Below, piece after piece: positions 11,692 through 21,139 of a DNA stretch of 64,000 nucleotides. Position 1 is the first letter of the stretch, and every line of letters begins with the position of its first letter. The position numbers and the translations under genes were made by a program. The DNA is from an uncultured Pelagibacteraceae bacterium (GTDB lineage Bacteria; Pseudomonadota; Alphaproteobacteria; Pelagibacterales; Pelagibacteraceae): positions 6,394-70,393 of the forward strand of contig CACFJO010000001.1 in the NCBI GenBank assembly GCA_902566675.1, read 5' to 3'. Under the pieces are notes generated by a model that saw only the letters and a program-made list of their open reading frames with translations, was not told the origin of the DNA and ran no database searches.

Positions 11692-12173
11692 GAATAAAAA
11701 CAGGAGACAAACTACCTAACTCGGAGTTATTTTATCTTGACCAAAATAATGATGTAAAAAAAATTGATATTTTAGATCTTTGTAAAGGCAAGACTATTAT
11801 TTTAGGTATGCCTGGAGCTTTTACTAAAACTTGTTCGGCTCTTCATCTTCCTGGGTATATAAAAAATTACGACTTAGCTACTCAAAAAGGAATTACAAAA
11901 ATTATATGCATCGCTGTAAATGATCCCAATGTAATGAAGGCCTGGGGTGAAAATCAAAATGCTGGAAGTAAAATTTTCATGGCTGGTGACCCCTTTCTAA
12001 AATTTACAAAAGCTATCGGAGCAGAAGTAGATAAATCCGAAAAAGGACTAGGAATTAGATCTAATCGCTACACTATGTTAGTGGAGAATGGTGAAGTTAA
12101 AAAAGTAGAGGTAGAAAAAGAAACAGCTACATGTGAATTATCTTCAGCTGAAAGCTTTTTAAAATCTATTTAG
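11688..12173 (+). CDS. Peroxiredoxin, Prx5/type II family
   Basis: PGAFTKTCSALHLPGY, VNDPNVMKAW, GIRSNRY. Confidence 0.92.
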   Translation: MRIKTGDKLPNSELFYLDQNNDVKKIDILDLCKGKTIILGMPGAFTKTCSALHLPGYIKNYDLATQKGITKIICIAVNDPNVMKAWGENQNAGSKIFMAGDPFLKFTKAIGAEVDKSEKGLGIRSNRYTMLVENGEVKKVEVEKETATCELSSAESFLKSI

Positions 12174-12588
12174 TTTTCGAAACTGCCAACTCATCAACAA
12201 GATTATTATATTTGTTGCCAGCGTGTGCCTTAACCCATTTCCAAGTAACTTTATGTTTTAGACAAGCATTATCTAATTTAATCCAAAGATCTTTATTTTT
12301 AACTGGTTTCTTGTTTGAACTCTTCCAACTATTAATTTTCCACTTTTTAATCCAATCAGTTATTCCATCTTTCACATATTTCGAGTCAGTAAAAATTGTA
12401 ATCTCTGATTTCTTTTTTATTTTTTTTAATGCCATGATTGGAGCCATTAATTCCATCCTATTATTAGTTGTATTATTTTCACTTCCAGAAATATTAGATT
12501 GATTAGAGTCATCTAATATGATTGCTGCCCAACCTCCTTTCCCAGGATTTCCAGAGCAAGCGCCATCAGTATAAATCTTTAATTTCAT
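12166..12588 (-). CDS. rnhA: Ribonuclease HI
   Basis: YTDGACSGNPG.GGW, TTNNRMEL, TDSKYV, WVKAH. Confidence 0.96.
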   Translation of the reverse strand: MKLKIYTDGACSGNPGKGGWAAIILDDSNQSNISGSENNTTNNRMELMAPIMALKKIKKKSEITIFTDSKYVKDGITDWIKKWKINSWKSSNKKPVKNKDLWIKLDNACLKHKVTWKWVKAHAGNKYNNLVDELAVSKTK

Positions 12589-13556
12589 TAAAAAAAATAA
12601 TCCTCATGATTTTTTGCATTCTTGTGAAATTCTAATCTTTTTAAATACTCCATTGGATCTTTAATTTTAACAATTGCTCCTTCAACTTTATTTAATGAGT
12701 CAAATACTCGAGTTAACAAGAATCTCAAAGCAGCGCCTTGAGATAAAACCTTTATATTTTTCAATTCTTCATCAGTTAATTTTCTTATAGAAGTATATCC
12801 GTCTATAAAGTTTTTTGCTTTAGTAACGTTAAAACTTAAATTACTTTTTAGACCGTCAAAACACAGAGCGTTAAAGCAAATAGCGATTTCAAACGCAAAA
12901 AAATCTTCACATGAAAAATAAAAGTCTATTACCCCACTAAATTTATCTTGAATAAAAAAAATATTGTCGTGAAATAAATCTGCGTGGATTATTCCTTTTG
13001 GCAGATTTTTTGGCCAATTTTTTTCCACATCATTAAGATTTTCCTCAATTAATCTTGGCAGATCTTTATGTATATTTTCACACCTATCTTTGACTGAATT
13101 AAATAATTTTCTCCATGAATTTACGGATAGGTCGTTTTGTCGTTTTAGTTTTAAATTCTTTGTAAGATTATGCATTTTAGCTATTTCAGATCCGATTGAT
13201 TTACAATTGGCTGGAGATAAATTTTGTTTTGCCTTGCCTTCAAGAAATGAAACAATCATTAATTTTTTGCCCCCAAAATTTGTTATAGTTTCATTATTAT
13301 TATTAGAAATAGGAGCAGGGCATTTAAAGCTAGCTTTATTTAAAGATGACATTAGATCAGAAAAAAAAGGAAGATCAGCAGATTTCACTCTTTTTTCGTA
13401 AATAGTTAATATAAATTTTTTTTTATTGATCAATAAAAAATAGTTTGTATTTTCAATACCTTCTTCAATTCCTTTGAATGAGTCTAACTTACCTAAACTA
13501 TAATTAGATAAAATTTCCTCAATTTTATTTTGATTTAACTTTGTATAGACAGCCAT
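12588..13556 (-). CDS. thrB: Homoserine kinase type II (APH fold)
   Basis: MAVYT, GIENTNY, IHADLFHDN, AALRFLLTR; ispH-thrB-rnhA order. Confidence 0.93.
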   Translation of the reverse strand: MAVYTKLNQNKIEEILSNYSLGKLDSFKGIEEGIENTNYFLLINKKKFILTIYEKRVKSADLPFFSDLMSSLNKASFKCPAPISNNNNETITNFGGKKLMIVSFLEGKAKQNLSPANCKSIGSEIAKMHNLTKNLKLKRQNDLSVNSWRKLFNSVKDRCENIHKDLPRLIEENLNDVEKNWPKNLPKGIIHADLFHDNIFFIQDKFSGVIDFYFSCEDFFAFEIAICFNALCFDGLKSNLSFNVTKAKNFIDGYTSIRKLTDEELKNIKVLSQGAALRFLLTRVFDSLNKVEGAIVKIKDPMEYLKRLEFHKNAKNHEDYFF

Positions 13557-14500
13557 TAATTGAGTTCTTTCGGCAATTTAAATATAACTTTTTCCTCTGC
13601 AACTATTACTTCTTCAATAGAAACCTTTCTATCTTTCCTTATATTATCCAATAAATTTTGAACAAGCTTTTCAGGTGCAGACGCTCCAGAAGATATACCA
13701 ATGGTTTCAGAATTTTCTATTTCGTTAAAAGGAATTTCTTTTTCGGAATGCATTAAATGAGAATTATTACAACCAGCTTTTTTTGCGACTTCAACTAATC
13801 TTACAGAATTAGACGAGTTACGGCTACCTACAACAAAAAACATATCACACTTGGAAGCTATCTCTTTAACAGCAGACTGTCTGTTGGTAGTAGCGTAACA
13901 TATATCCTCTTTAATAGGGCCTTTAATTTTTGGAAACTTGTTTTTAAGAACTTCAATTATTTCAGCTGTATCATCTACGGACAGGGTTGTTTGAGTAATA
14001 TATGCAAGAGGTTTTTTAAAATCGTTTTCTTTAAGCAGTTCAGCATCATTTTTTGTCTCGATTAGTTTAATTGATCCTTTTGGAAGCTGACCCATTGTGC
14101 CAATAACCTCAGGGTGATTTTTATGTCCAATTAATAATATTTCGAAACCGTTTTTATTTAATTGCTCCGACTCTCTGTGAACTTTTGAAACTAATGGACA
14201 AGTAGCATCTACAAAGGATAAATTTTTTAATTTAGCCTCTTCTGGAACTGACTTTGGTACTCCATGAGCTGAGAAAATTACAGGTCTACTAGAGTCATCT
14301 ACATCAGATAATTCATCAACGAAAATTGCACCTTTTTCTTTTAACTCCTCAACAACCTGCTTATTGTGCACTATTTCATGACGAACATATACTGGAGCTC
14401 CAAACTTGCTGATAGATTTTTCAACTATTTCAATTGCTCTTTTAACACCAGCACAAAATCCTCTTGGTGAAGCTAAATAAATTTTAAGTTCTTTTTTCAT
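13556..14500 (-). CDS. ispH: 4-hydroxy-3-methylbut-2-enyl diphosphate reductase
   Basis: PRGFCAGV, HEIVHN, SAHG, DATCPLV, ICYATTNRQ, SSNS. Confidence 0.97.
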   Translation of the reverse strand: MKKELKIYLASPRGFCAGVKRAIEIVEKSISKFGAPVYVRHEIVHNKQVVEELKEKGAIFVDELSDVDDSSRPVIFSAHGVPKSVPEEAKLKNLSFVDATCPLVSKVHRESEQLNKNGFEILLIGHKNHPEVIGTMGQLPKGSIKLIETKNDAELLKENDFKKPLAYITQTTLSVDDTAEIIEVLKNKFPKIKGPIKEDICYATTNRQSAVKEIASKCDMFFVVGSRNSSNSVRLVEVAKKAGCNNSHLMHSEKEIPFNEIENSETIGISSGASAPEKLVQNLLDNIRKDRKVSIEEVIVAEEKVIFKLPKELN

Positions 14501-15389
14501 TTTTTTCTAAAAGATATTCCAACAATATATGCGGAAAAGTAAGTGACGCCAAACCAATAAATATTACCTTATAAATGGCCTCATCAAGCTTATAAAAATT
14601 ATTTAAAAAATATATTGCAAATAAAAACATTATCGCAGTTACAAAAGTTAAAGGGATAGCTTTAATTATAAATTTTTTAAGTCCCGGTTTGAAAGATCTA
14701 TCTAACTCAAAAATAAGAGTAATCGAATGCCTAATTGAGTGAAGAAAACAAAAATAAAGAGTGAAAGCTAAAATAGGCGATAAAAAAAGATTTAGTATGA
14801 TTAAAGAAAAGAAGTCCATGATCATGACACCTTTTAGGTTTGTGTTTTCTTTTTTTGAAATATACATAGATGATAAAAAACCAAGGCATAACATTCCAAT
14901 TAAAAATTCATTACTAAAAAAATCTGCTTCAAAAACTTTGAAATTTAGTATCCTAAAAATTTCATTAGTTTCCTCTCTCTTTAATAATAATGGAGCTATA
15001 ATTACAGTTGATCCTTTTAAGAAAAATAAACACTCAGATATAAAAAACTTTTTTCTAAAAAAAAATACTGTATCTTCTTTTCCAAAATGATAGGCAGCCA
15101 CAATCAAAAATAGCAATAAAATTGTGTTAGGAAACATCAACCAGAATATTATTATCAATGATGAAATTAATACATAGGCAAGATAAAAGGATATAATTTG
15201 TTTGTATCCAAATAATTTCAAAAGCTTTTTTCCTTTGATATTATCTAATGCACCGTGAGAAATTCCCAAAATTAAAATTAAAAATAAGCAAAATATAACT
15301 GGTTCAAAATTGAACATTAGATAAAGAGGACTTATCAAAATACAAAAATTAAAAAAAATAATTGAGTGCTTAAAGTTAATATTTTTCAT
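14484..15389 (-). CDS. blh: Beta-carotene 15,15'-dioxygenase (Brp/Blh, retinal forming)
   Basis: Multi-TM protein with GISHGALD, YHFG.ED, FCFLHSIRH, LTFPH His motifs; follows crtY. Confidence 0.93.
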   Translation of the reverse strand: MKNINFKHSIIFFNFCILISPLYLMFNFEPVIFCLFLILILGISHGALDNIKGKKLLKLFGYKQIISFYLAYVLISSLIIIFWLMFPNTILLLFLIVAAYHFGKEDTVFFFRKKFFISECLFFLKGSTVIIAPLLLKREETNEIFRILNFKVFEADFFSNEFLIGMLCLGFLSSMYISKKENTNLKGVMIMDFFSLIILNLFLSPILAFTLYFCFLHSIRHSITLIFELDRSFKPGLKKFIIKAIPLTFVTAIMFLFAIYFLNNFYKLDEAIYKVIFIGLASLTFPHILLEYLLEKNEKRT

Positions 15390-16456
15390 TAATTAAACAA
15401 TGCTTTTAAAAAAATTAATTTTGGCATTTTGCTTATAATATTTATGTCTTCAATAATATTACTTTTATTTGATAAAAATTTTATAATCGTATTTGAAGAA
15501 GTTTTAAACATATCAAAAAAAATTTTAGGCATCTTTTCGGGATGTTTTTCTAATACTCTTAAAAAAACTTTATCTAAAAATTGATATTTTTTTCCTATAG
15601 AGAATATTTTTGCTTTATTAATATTGTCAATGTTTTTTACAATATACCGACTATGTTCTTGAATATTCAAAAAAGTGTAACCTGTGCTTAATCGAGTCAT
15701 CCCTCCAGCTGATCCAATATTAATTATTTTATTGTTATTACTTAATGATGGAGCAAAGAGTGGAATAGCTCCTTTTTCAGTAAAATTTATTTTATAGTTT
15801 TTTATACCCAGATTATTCTCAATATAATTTTCTAATTGAAGGTCATAATCTCTGAGGCTCTGGTCCTCTAAATTTGATAACCAAGTAGTCTCAATCAAAG
15901 CTTTATTTTTGCTGAATGGCAATGTGTAGAAAAAATGTACATCTTTCCTCTGATCACAATTAAAATCCATTAAGTTTATTATTTCCTCATCAAAAATGTT
16001 CTTAGGTGTCTCTATCTCAATTCCTTGAAAGTGTTGCCATAAATCAGATTTATCAAGTTCTTTTTCAAAAATACTATTAAATATTATTGAATTGTCTGAA
16101 TTGACTTCATTTAGATTTCTGAAAAAACTAATATTGGAATTTGTGGAGAGTTTAGAATTTATCTTTTTATAAAATTTTCCACTATCAATACTTTGATAAG
16201 GAAATTTTTTATTTGTTAATTCATTAGAGTTTTCAGCAGTATTAATTGTAAAATTACTCCAGCTTTTAATAACACAATCTTCAAAATTATGATCAAATAC
16301 TTTCCAGAATGACCAAGTTTTATCTCTCTTATACTCTTCACGGTTTTCAATTATTGCTAAAGTTTTCTCCTTTAACTTATCATTTATTTCAAGCTCATAG
16401 GCCAAAGATAAACCTGCGCACCCACCTCCAACAATAATATAATCAAATTCTTTCAT
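15389..16456 (-). CDS. crtY: Lycopene beta-cyclase
   Basis: DYIIVGGGCAGLSLA, DKTWSFW, LMDF, FFYTLPFS, E.GAIP, TGYTF. Confidence 0.9.
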   Translation of the reverse strand: MKEFDYIIVGGGCAGLSLAYELEINDKLKEKTLAIIENREEYKRDKTWSFWKVFDHNFEDCVIKSWSNFTINTAENSNELTNKKFPYQSIDSGKFYKKINSKLSTNSNISFFRNLNEVNSDNSIIFNSIFEKELDKSDLWQHFQGIEIETPKNIFDEEIINLMDFNCDQRKDVHFFYTLPFSKNKALIETTWLSNLEDQSLRDYDLQLENYIENNLGIKNYKINFTEKGAIPLFAPSLSNNNKIINIGSAGGMTRLSTGYTFLNIQEHSRYIVKNIDNINKAKIFSIGKKYQFLDKVFLRVLEKHPEKMPKIFFDMFKTSSNTIIKFLSNKSNIIEDINIISKMPKLIFLKALFN

Positions 16457-17291
16457 TCAAATTAATCTCTTGTTCTAAAATATTATGATTTAATTGGTTG
16501 TCATAATTTAAATTTTTTATGAACAATAATTTAATAAAGTCAATGATAGATAAAAAAGTCTGAATTACCTTTTCAAAGATTGGGACATAGATTTTGCCAG
16601 CTTTATTATAATTATCTATGTTATTTTGTTTAAGAATGTAGTCACCTATTTTCCTATAAACTCGTCTTGCTACAATAACTGAAAATCTAGATCTAACTGG
16701 TATACTGCTAATAGATGTAAATGATTTTTCGTAAAACGCTTGAGACTCATTTATAAGAGTACAAATTGATGAAAAATCGTGTTCAATATACTGTCTATTA
16801 CGCGCTTTATCCTCACAAACATCTCTAGCAATATTAGTAAGTTGCATAGCTATACCAAGATCAATCGCACCTTTTAAAGCCTCTTTATTTTTTACTTTCA
16901 TTATTTTTGACATCATTAATCCAACTGTCCCGGCAACTCTGTAAGAATAAACAAGTAAATCTTTTTTCGAATTTATCACTACTTTTTCCTCTAAGTCTGT
17001 TTCAACTCCATCAAATAAATCTATTACTATTTGATAAGAAATACCTTCACTATCAATGAGTGACCACATATCTTTTATAATTTGATTATCTAGATTTTTA
17101 TTCTCAAAATCTTTTTTAAATTTTGTGAAAATTCCTTTTTTTACACTTAGATTATTATCATCATCAACTATATCGTCTAATGTTCTACAAAAATTATATA
17201 AAGATGAACATTTGTCTAATGTTTCACTTGAAAGAAAAAAACTTGCCCAATAAAAAGATTTAGCATGTTTTTTTAATAAATTATTTTTCAT
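16443..17291 (-). CDS. crtB: Phytoene synthase
   Basis: AKSFYWAS, FCRTLDDIVD, YRVAGTVG, MQLTNIARDV.ED. Confidence 0.93.
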   Translation of the reverse strand: MKNNLLKKHAKSFYWASFFLSSETLDKCSSLYNFCRTLDDIVDDDNNLSVKKGIFTKFKKDFENKNLDNQIIKDMWSLIDSEGISYQIVIDLFDGVETDLEEKVVINSKKDLLVYSYRVAGTVGLMMSKIMKVKNKEALKGAIDLGIAMQLTNIARDVCEDKARNRQYIEHDFSSICTLINESQAFYEKSFTSISSIPVRSRFSVIVARRVYRKIGDYILKQNNIDNYNKAGKIYVPIFEKVIQTFLSIIDFIKLLFIKNLNYDNQLNHNILEQEINLNERI

Positions 17292-18757
17292 TAAAATAAA
17301 TTGTCTAAAACTTTTGCCGATGAAAGAACTCCGGGCATACCAGCGCCTGGATGTGTACCAGCACCTACAAAGTATAAATTTTTATATATTTCAGATTGAT
17401 TATGAAATCTGAAATAAGCCGACTGAGAAAATTTTGGTTGAATTGAAAATCCAGATCCATAAAGAGTTGCTAGATCTATTTCGAAGTAGTCAGGTGTTAA
17501 ATAAAAATCACTTACCACATTTTCTTTAATACCAGGTAAAACAGTTTTATCCATTTTATCTAAAACTAAATCTTTAAATTTATCGCCCTCTTTGATCCAA
17601 TTAACTTTAGATAAATTATTTGGAACAGGAACCAATACATAAAAAGCATCTTGACCTTCTGGGGCCATATTGGGATCTGTTGCAGATGGTCGATGTAAAT
17701 AATAACTTATATCATCAGAGAGAATTTTCTTTTCAAAAATTTTATCAAGATGTTTTTCATAAGATTCTCCAAAATAAATTGTGTGATGTGCAACATCCTT
17801 ATATTTTTTTTTAGATCCAAAATAATAAACAAATAAACCCATTGAATAATCCATTCTTTTCATTTTTTGTTTAAATAAAAAATCATAATCCTCCTTTGAT
17901 TTTATTAAGTTGTTGTAAACATTTGGGGGATCAGAGTTACAAACTACATAGTCACTATTAATTATTTTTGAATTATTAATTTTAACACCTTTAATCTTTT
18001 TGTTCTCTGTAAGTATTTCTGTAACTTCAGCGTTTTTAATAATTTTAATATTTTCCTCAATCATAAGTTTTTCTAAAGCCTTAACAACACTTCCTGTTCC
18101 TCCCATTGAGTAGTGAATACCCCACTTTTTCTCTAAAAATAAAATCAACGTATATATTGAAGTAGTACTGAAAGGATTCCCGCCTACTAAAAGTGGGTGC
18201 ATACTAAATACTCTTCTTAATTTTTCATTGGATATATAGTTCGAAACTAAACTATAGACAGACTTATAACTTTTTAATTTTAATAAAGATGGAACTTGTT
18301 TCATCATAAAAACCAAATTATTAAAGGGCTTGTCAGATAAATCTGTAAAACCTTTATCAAAAATTTTTTCAGTAAAATTTACTAAATTTTTATATCCCTC
18401 AAAATCAATAGGGTTAAATTTTTTTACTTGCTGCTCCATAGATTTATCATCACCATTGTAGTCGAATGTATCGCCATTACTGAATACAAATCTGTACCAC
18501 AAATCTAAAGGTACAATTTCAACATAGTCAGAAATATTTTTATTGAATAAAGAAAATAGTTCTTCAAATAGATATGGCGCAGTTATTACTGTTGGACCAC
18601 CGTCGTAAATAAACTGACCTTTTTTAAAAACTCTTGCTCGACCACCTAGATCAGGATGTTTTTCTACCAAAGTAACTTTATGGCCTTTCGCTTTTAATCT
18701 AAGCGCAGCAGCCAATCCTCCAAATCCTGAACCAATAACAATTGTTTTTTTTGCCAT
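17291..18757 (-). CDS. crtI: Phytoene desaturase
   Basis: IGSGFGGLAAA, DGGPTVITAP, LVGGNPF, YFVGAGTHPGAGMPGV. Confidence 0.95.
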   Translation of the reverse strand: MAKKTIVIGSGFGGLAAALRLKAKGHKVTLVEKHPDLGGRARVFKKGQFIYDGGPTVITAPYLFEELFSLFNKNISDYVEIVPLDLWYRFVFSNGDTFDYNGDDKSMEQQVKKFNPIDFEGYKNLVNFTEKIFDKGFTDLSDKPFNNLVFMMKQVPSLLKLKSYKSVYSLVSNYISNEKLRRVFSMHPLLVGGNPFSTTSIYTLILFLEKKWGIHYSMGGTGSVVKALEKLMIEENIKIIKNAEVTEILTENKKIKGVKINNSKIINSDYVVCNSDPPNVYNNLIKSKEDYDFLFKQKMKRMDYSMGLFVYYFGSKKKYKDVAHHTIYFGESYEKHLDKIFEKKILSDDISYYLHRPSATDPNMAPEGQDAFYVLVPVPNNLSKVNWIKEGDKFKDLVLDKMDKTVLPGIKENVVSDFYLTPDYFEIDLATLYGSGFSIQPKFSQSAYFRFHNQSEIYKNLYFVGAGTHPGAGMPGVLSSAKVLDNLF

Positions 18758-18773
18758 ATGTTTATGGCCTATT

Positions 18774-19271
18774 CTAACTAGATTTCTTCTTAAGTGCTAA
18801 TTTTGTTTCTTCGATACTAGAAGTGTAAATTTTATCCAATTTGCTTTTATCTAGAGAGTTTTTAATCAGTTTTTCCACAGACTCTATAGCTATTTTTACA
18901 GACGCATTTTTAATATCTTTAACAGCTTGGCTTTTTAATTGTTTAATTCTTTCCTCTGCGTTCTTTTTCTTATTTTCCATTAAGTTATGAAATTCATTAT
19001 TAGTTCTTATCACGTTTTTTTCAGCTTCTTCATTAGCTAAATTTATCATTTTAAAAACTTCATTTTTTGAATTACTAATTTTTTTTTCATGTTCTGTTAA
19101 AATATTCTTAGCATCTTCTTTGAGTTTTTCTGCTTCAATAATTCGATTTTTAATATTTGAAATATTTTGTTCGAGCGTCTGCTTTATTTTTTGAGGTATC
19201 TTAAAATAAATTAATATTCCTAGAAAAATTAAAAAAGAAATTGTAACCCAAAATGTTGCATCTAAAGTCAT
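18774..19271 (-). CDS. atpF: F0F1 ATP synthase subunit b
   Basis: DATFWV.ISF N-terminal TM followed by a coiled coil; last gene of the F0 cluster. Confidence 0.9.
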   Translation of the reverse strand: MTLDATFWVTISFLIFLGILIYFKIPQKIKQTLEQNISNIKNRIIEAEKLKEDAKNILTEHEKKISNSKNEVFKMINLANEEAEKNVIRTNNEFHNLMENKKKNAEERIKQLKSQAVKDIKNASVKIAIESVEKLIKNSLDKSKLDKIYTSSIEETKLALKKKSS

Positions 19272-19843
19272 AAGTATTTATCAATATTTTTTTTGGAAAT
19301 ATCTTCAACAGCAGCTTTAATACTACTCTCATTTAATTTGTCACCTGATATATTTTCAATAATATTAGATGTTATATTTTCTGAAATATTTTGAATTGAG
19401 GATATAGAGTTTTTTTTAAGTTCTAAAATTTCTTTGTGTGCTTTTGATATTTCTTTTTCTAATTCCTTTTCTAATTCATTTTTTTTTGATTGAATATCTT
19501 TATCTAAGATATTTTTTGACTCAAAATGTATTTTGGAAACTTCCTTTTTAGCATTTTCTAAGATAATTTCATATTCCTTAAGCTTAGCTTCTGAAAGTTC
19601 TTTAAACTTATTGGCGTCCTCTAAATCCTCTTTAATTTTATTTTCACGGTTATCTAAGTTGTCTTTAATTTTAGGTAAGTAAAATTTTGAAACAGCAATA
19701 TAGAGAATCGTGAAAACTAGTATTAACCAAAATGCCTGAGATGCCCAATAAGTTGGATCCAGCTGAGGCATACCAGCCTCAGCTGCATACAAATCTATAT
19801 TCATAGCTACAAGCGCTATTAATAAACTTAAAAAACTTTTCAT
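19268..19843 (-). CDS. atpX: F0F1 ATP synthase subunit b' (likely ATG at 19843)
   Basis: GMPQLD...SQAFWL TM followed by a coiled coil; lies between atpE and atpF. Confidence 0.88.
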   Translation of the reverse strand: MKSFLSLLIALVAMNIDLYAAEAGMPQLDPTYWASQAFWLILVFTILYIAVSKFYLPKIKDNLDNRENKIKEDLEDANKFKELSEAKLKEYEIILENAKKEVSKIHFESKNILDKDIQSKKNELEKELEKEISKAHKEILELKKNSISSIQNISENITSNIIENISGDKLNESSIKAAVEDISKKNIDKYL

Positions 19844-19853
19844 ATTTAATTTA

Positions 19854-20081
19854 CTAAAATGCAAATAAAATAATTAAAGCTACCACAAGCCCAAACAAAC
19901 CTGTTGCTTCAGCTAAAGCAAATCCTAATAACAAATTAGGGAATTGTTTTTGAGCTGCAGATGGATTTCTCATCGCTCCGGATAAGTAATTACCGAAAAT
20001 AATTCCGATACCTACTCCAGCTCCAGCCAATGCGATTGCTGCAAGACCTGCTCCAATCATTTTTGCCGCTTCTAACTCCAT
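19854..20081 (-). CDS. atpE: F0F1 ATP synthase subunit c
   Basis: GAGVGIG, RNP loop, FALAEA proton-carrying Glu; GGAGG Shine-Dalgarno upstream. Confidence 0.97.
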   Translation of the reverse strand: MELEAAKMIGAGLAAIALAGAGVGIGIIFGNYLSGAMRNPSAAQKQFPNLLLGFALAEATGLFGLVVALIILFAF

Positions 20082-20102
20082 TTTTCCTCCTTTATTTATT
20101 AA

Positions 20103-20837
20103 TTAATGGTGTAAATTTAATGCATCATTTAAATAGATGCAGGTTAATATTGCAAAAACATATGCTTGCAAAAATGCTACTAAAATTTCCAAGCCTGTTA
20201 GTGCTACTGAAAAACTAAGCGGTAACCATCCGCCTAATATTCCTAAACTTACTACGAAACCACCAAACACTTTTAACATTGTATGACCAGCCATCATATT
20301 TGCAAACAAACGTACTGATAAACTAACAGGTCTACTTAAATAAGAAATTATTTCAATAATAGTAATTAAAGGCAAAAGTACAGCTGGAACGCCGCTTGGT
20401 ACAAAAATACTTAAATACTTAAAACCGTGTTTGATAAAACCAATAATTGTAACAGCTATAAAAATAAATAAAGCCATTATCAAAGTTACAATTATATGAC
20501 TTGTCACAGTAAATGAGTAGGGTAGCATCCCTACCATGTTACAAAATAGGACAAACATAAATAAACTAAATATAAAAGGAAAATAAGGCTTAGCTTTTGA
20601 GCCAGCAGTATCACTAATCATTTTCGCAACAAAAGTATAAAACATTTCAGCAATTAACTGAATTTTATCTGGGATGATCTTTTTCTCTTTCGAACCTAAA
20701 AATAAAAATAAAATAATTATCGATGCGCTAATTACCATAAACAGACTTGCGTTAGTGAAGGACAAATCTATTCCTGCGATTTTTATTTCAGGTCCAATCC
20801 TATGGACTGTGAATTGTTGCATTGGATTGCTTGCCAT
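20103..20837 (-). CDS. atpB: F0F1 ATP synthase subunit a
   Basis: RPVSLSVRLFANMMAGH, LQAYVF. Confidence 0.97.
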   Translation of the reverse strand: MASNPMQQFTVHRIGPEIKIAGIDLSFTNASLFMVISASIIILFLFLGSKEKKIIPDKIQLIAEMFYTFVAKMISDTAGSKAKPYFPFIFSLFMFVLFCNMVGMLPYSFTVTSHIIVTLIMALFIFIAVTIIGFIKHGFKYLSIFVPSGVPAVLLPLITIIEIISYLSRPVSLSVRLFANMMAGHTMLKVFGGFVVSLGILGGWLPLSFSVALTGLEILVAFLQAYVFAILTCIYLNDALNLHH

Positions 20838-20846
20838 ATAAACTTT

Positions 20847-21131
20847 CTAGTCTTCTTTCTGCATTTTGTTCGCCGCTCGAATTACATTTAGCATCCCTGC
20901 TGCCGCACCCAAAAAAAAGAAAATTATTATTAACCAAGGTTTAGTATCAAACCAGCTATCTAAAATAAACCCAATTATTGTCCCTACTGTTACTGCGGCA
21001 ACCAGTTCTGTGCCTAATTTAAAGGCATTACCCATAAATGATCCTCGTTTTTCGTTATCTGTATCTAACTGCTTTTTAATTTTAGATTTTGCAATTTTTA
21101 GGCGAGTTTTAAAATCTTCAGGTATTGTCAT
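20847..21131 (-). CDS. atpI: ATP synthase protein I (AtpZ/AtpI family)
   Basis: ELVAAV.VG..IG..LD.WF.TKPW..I.FF.LG.AAG.LNV. Confidence 0.88.
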   Translation of the reverse strand: MTIPEDFKTRLKIAKSKIKKQLDTDNEKRGSFMGNAFKLGTELVAAVTVGTIIGFILDSWFDTKPWLIIIFFFLGAAAGMLNVIRAANKMQKED

Positions 21132-21139
21132 TATAGTTT

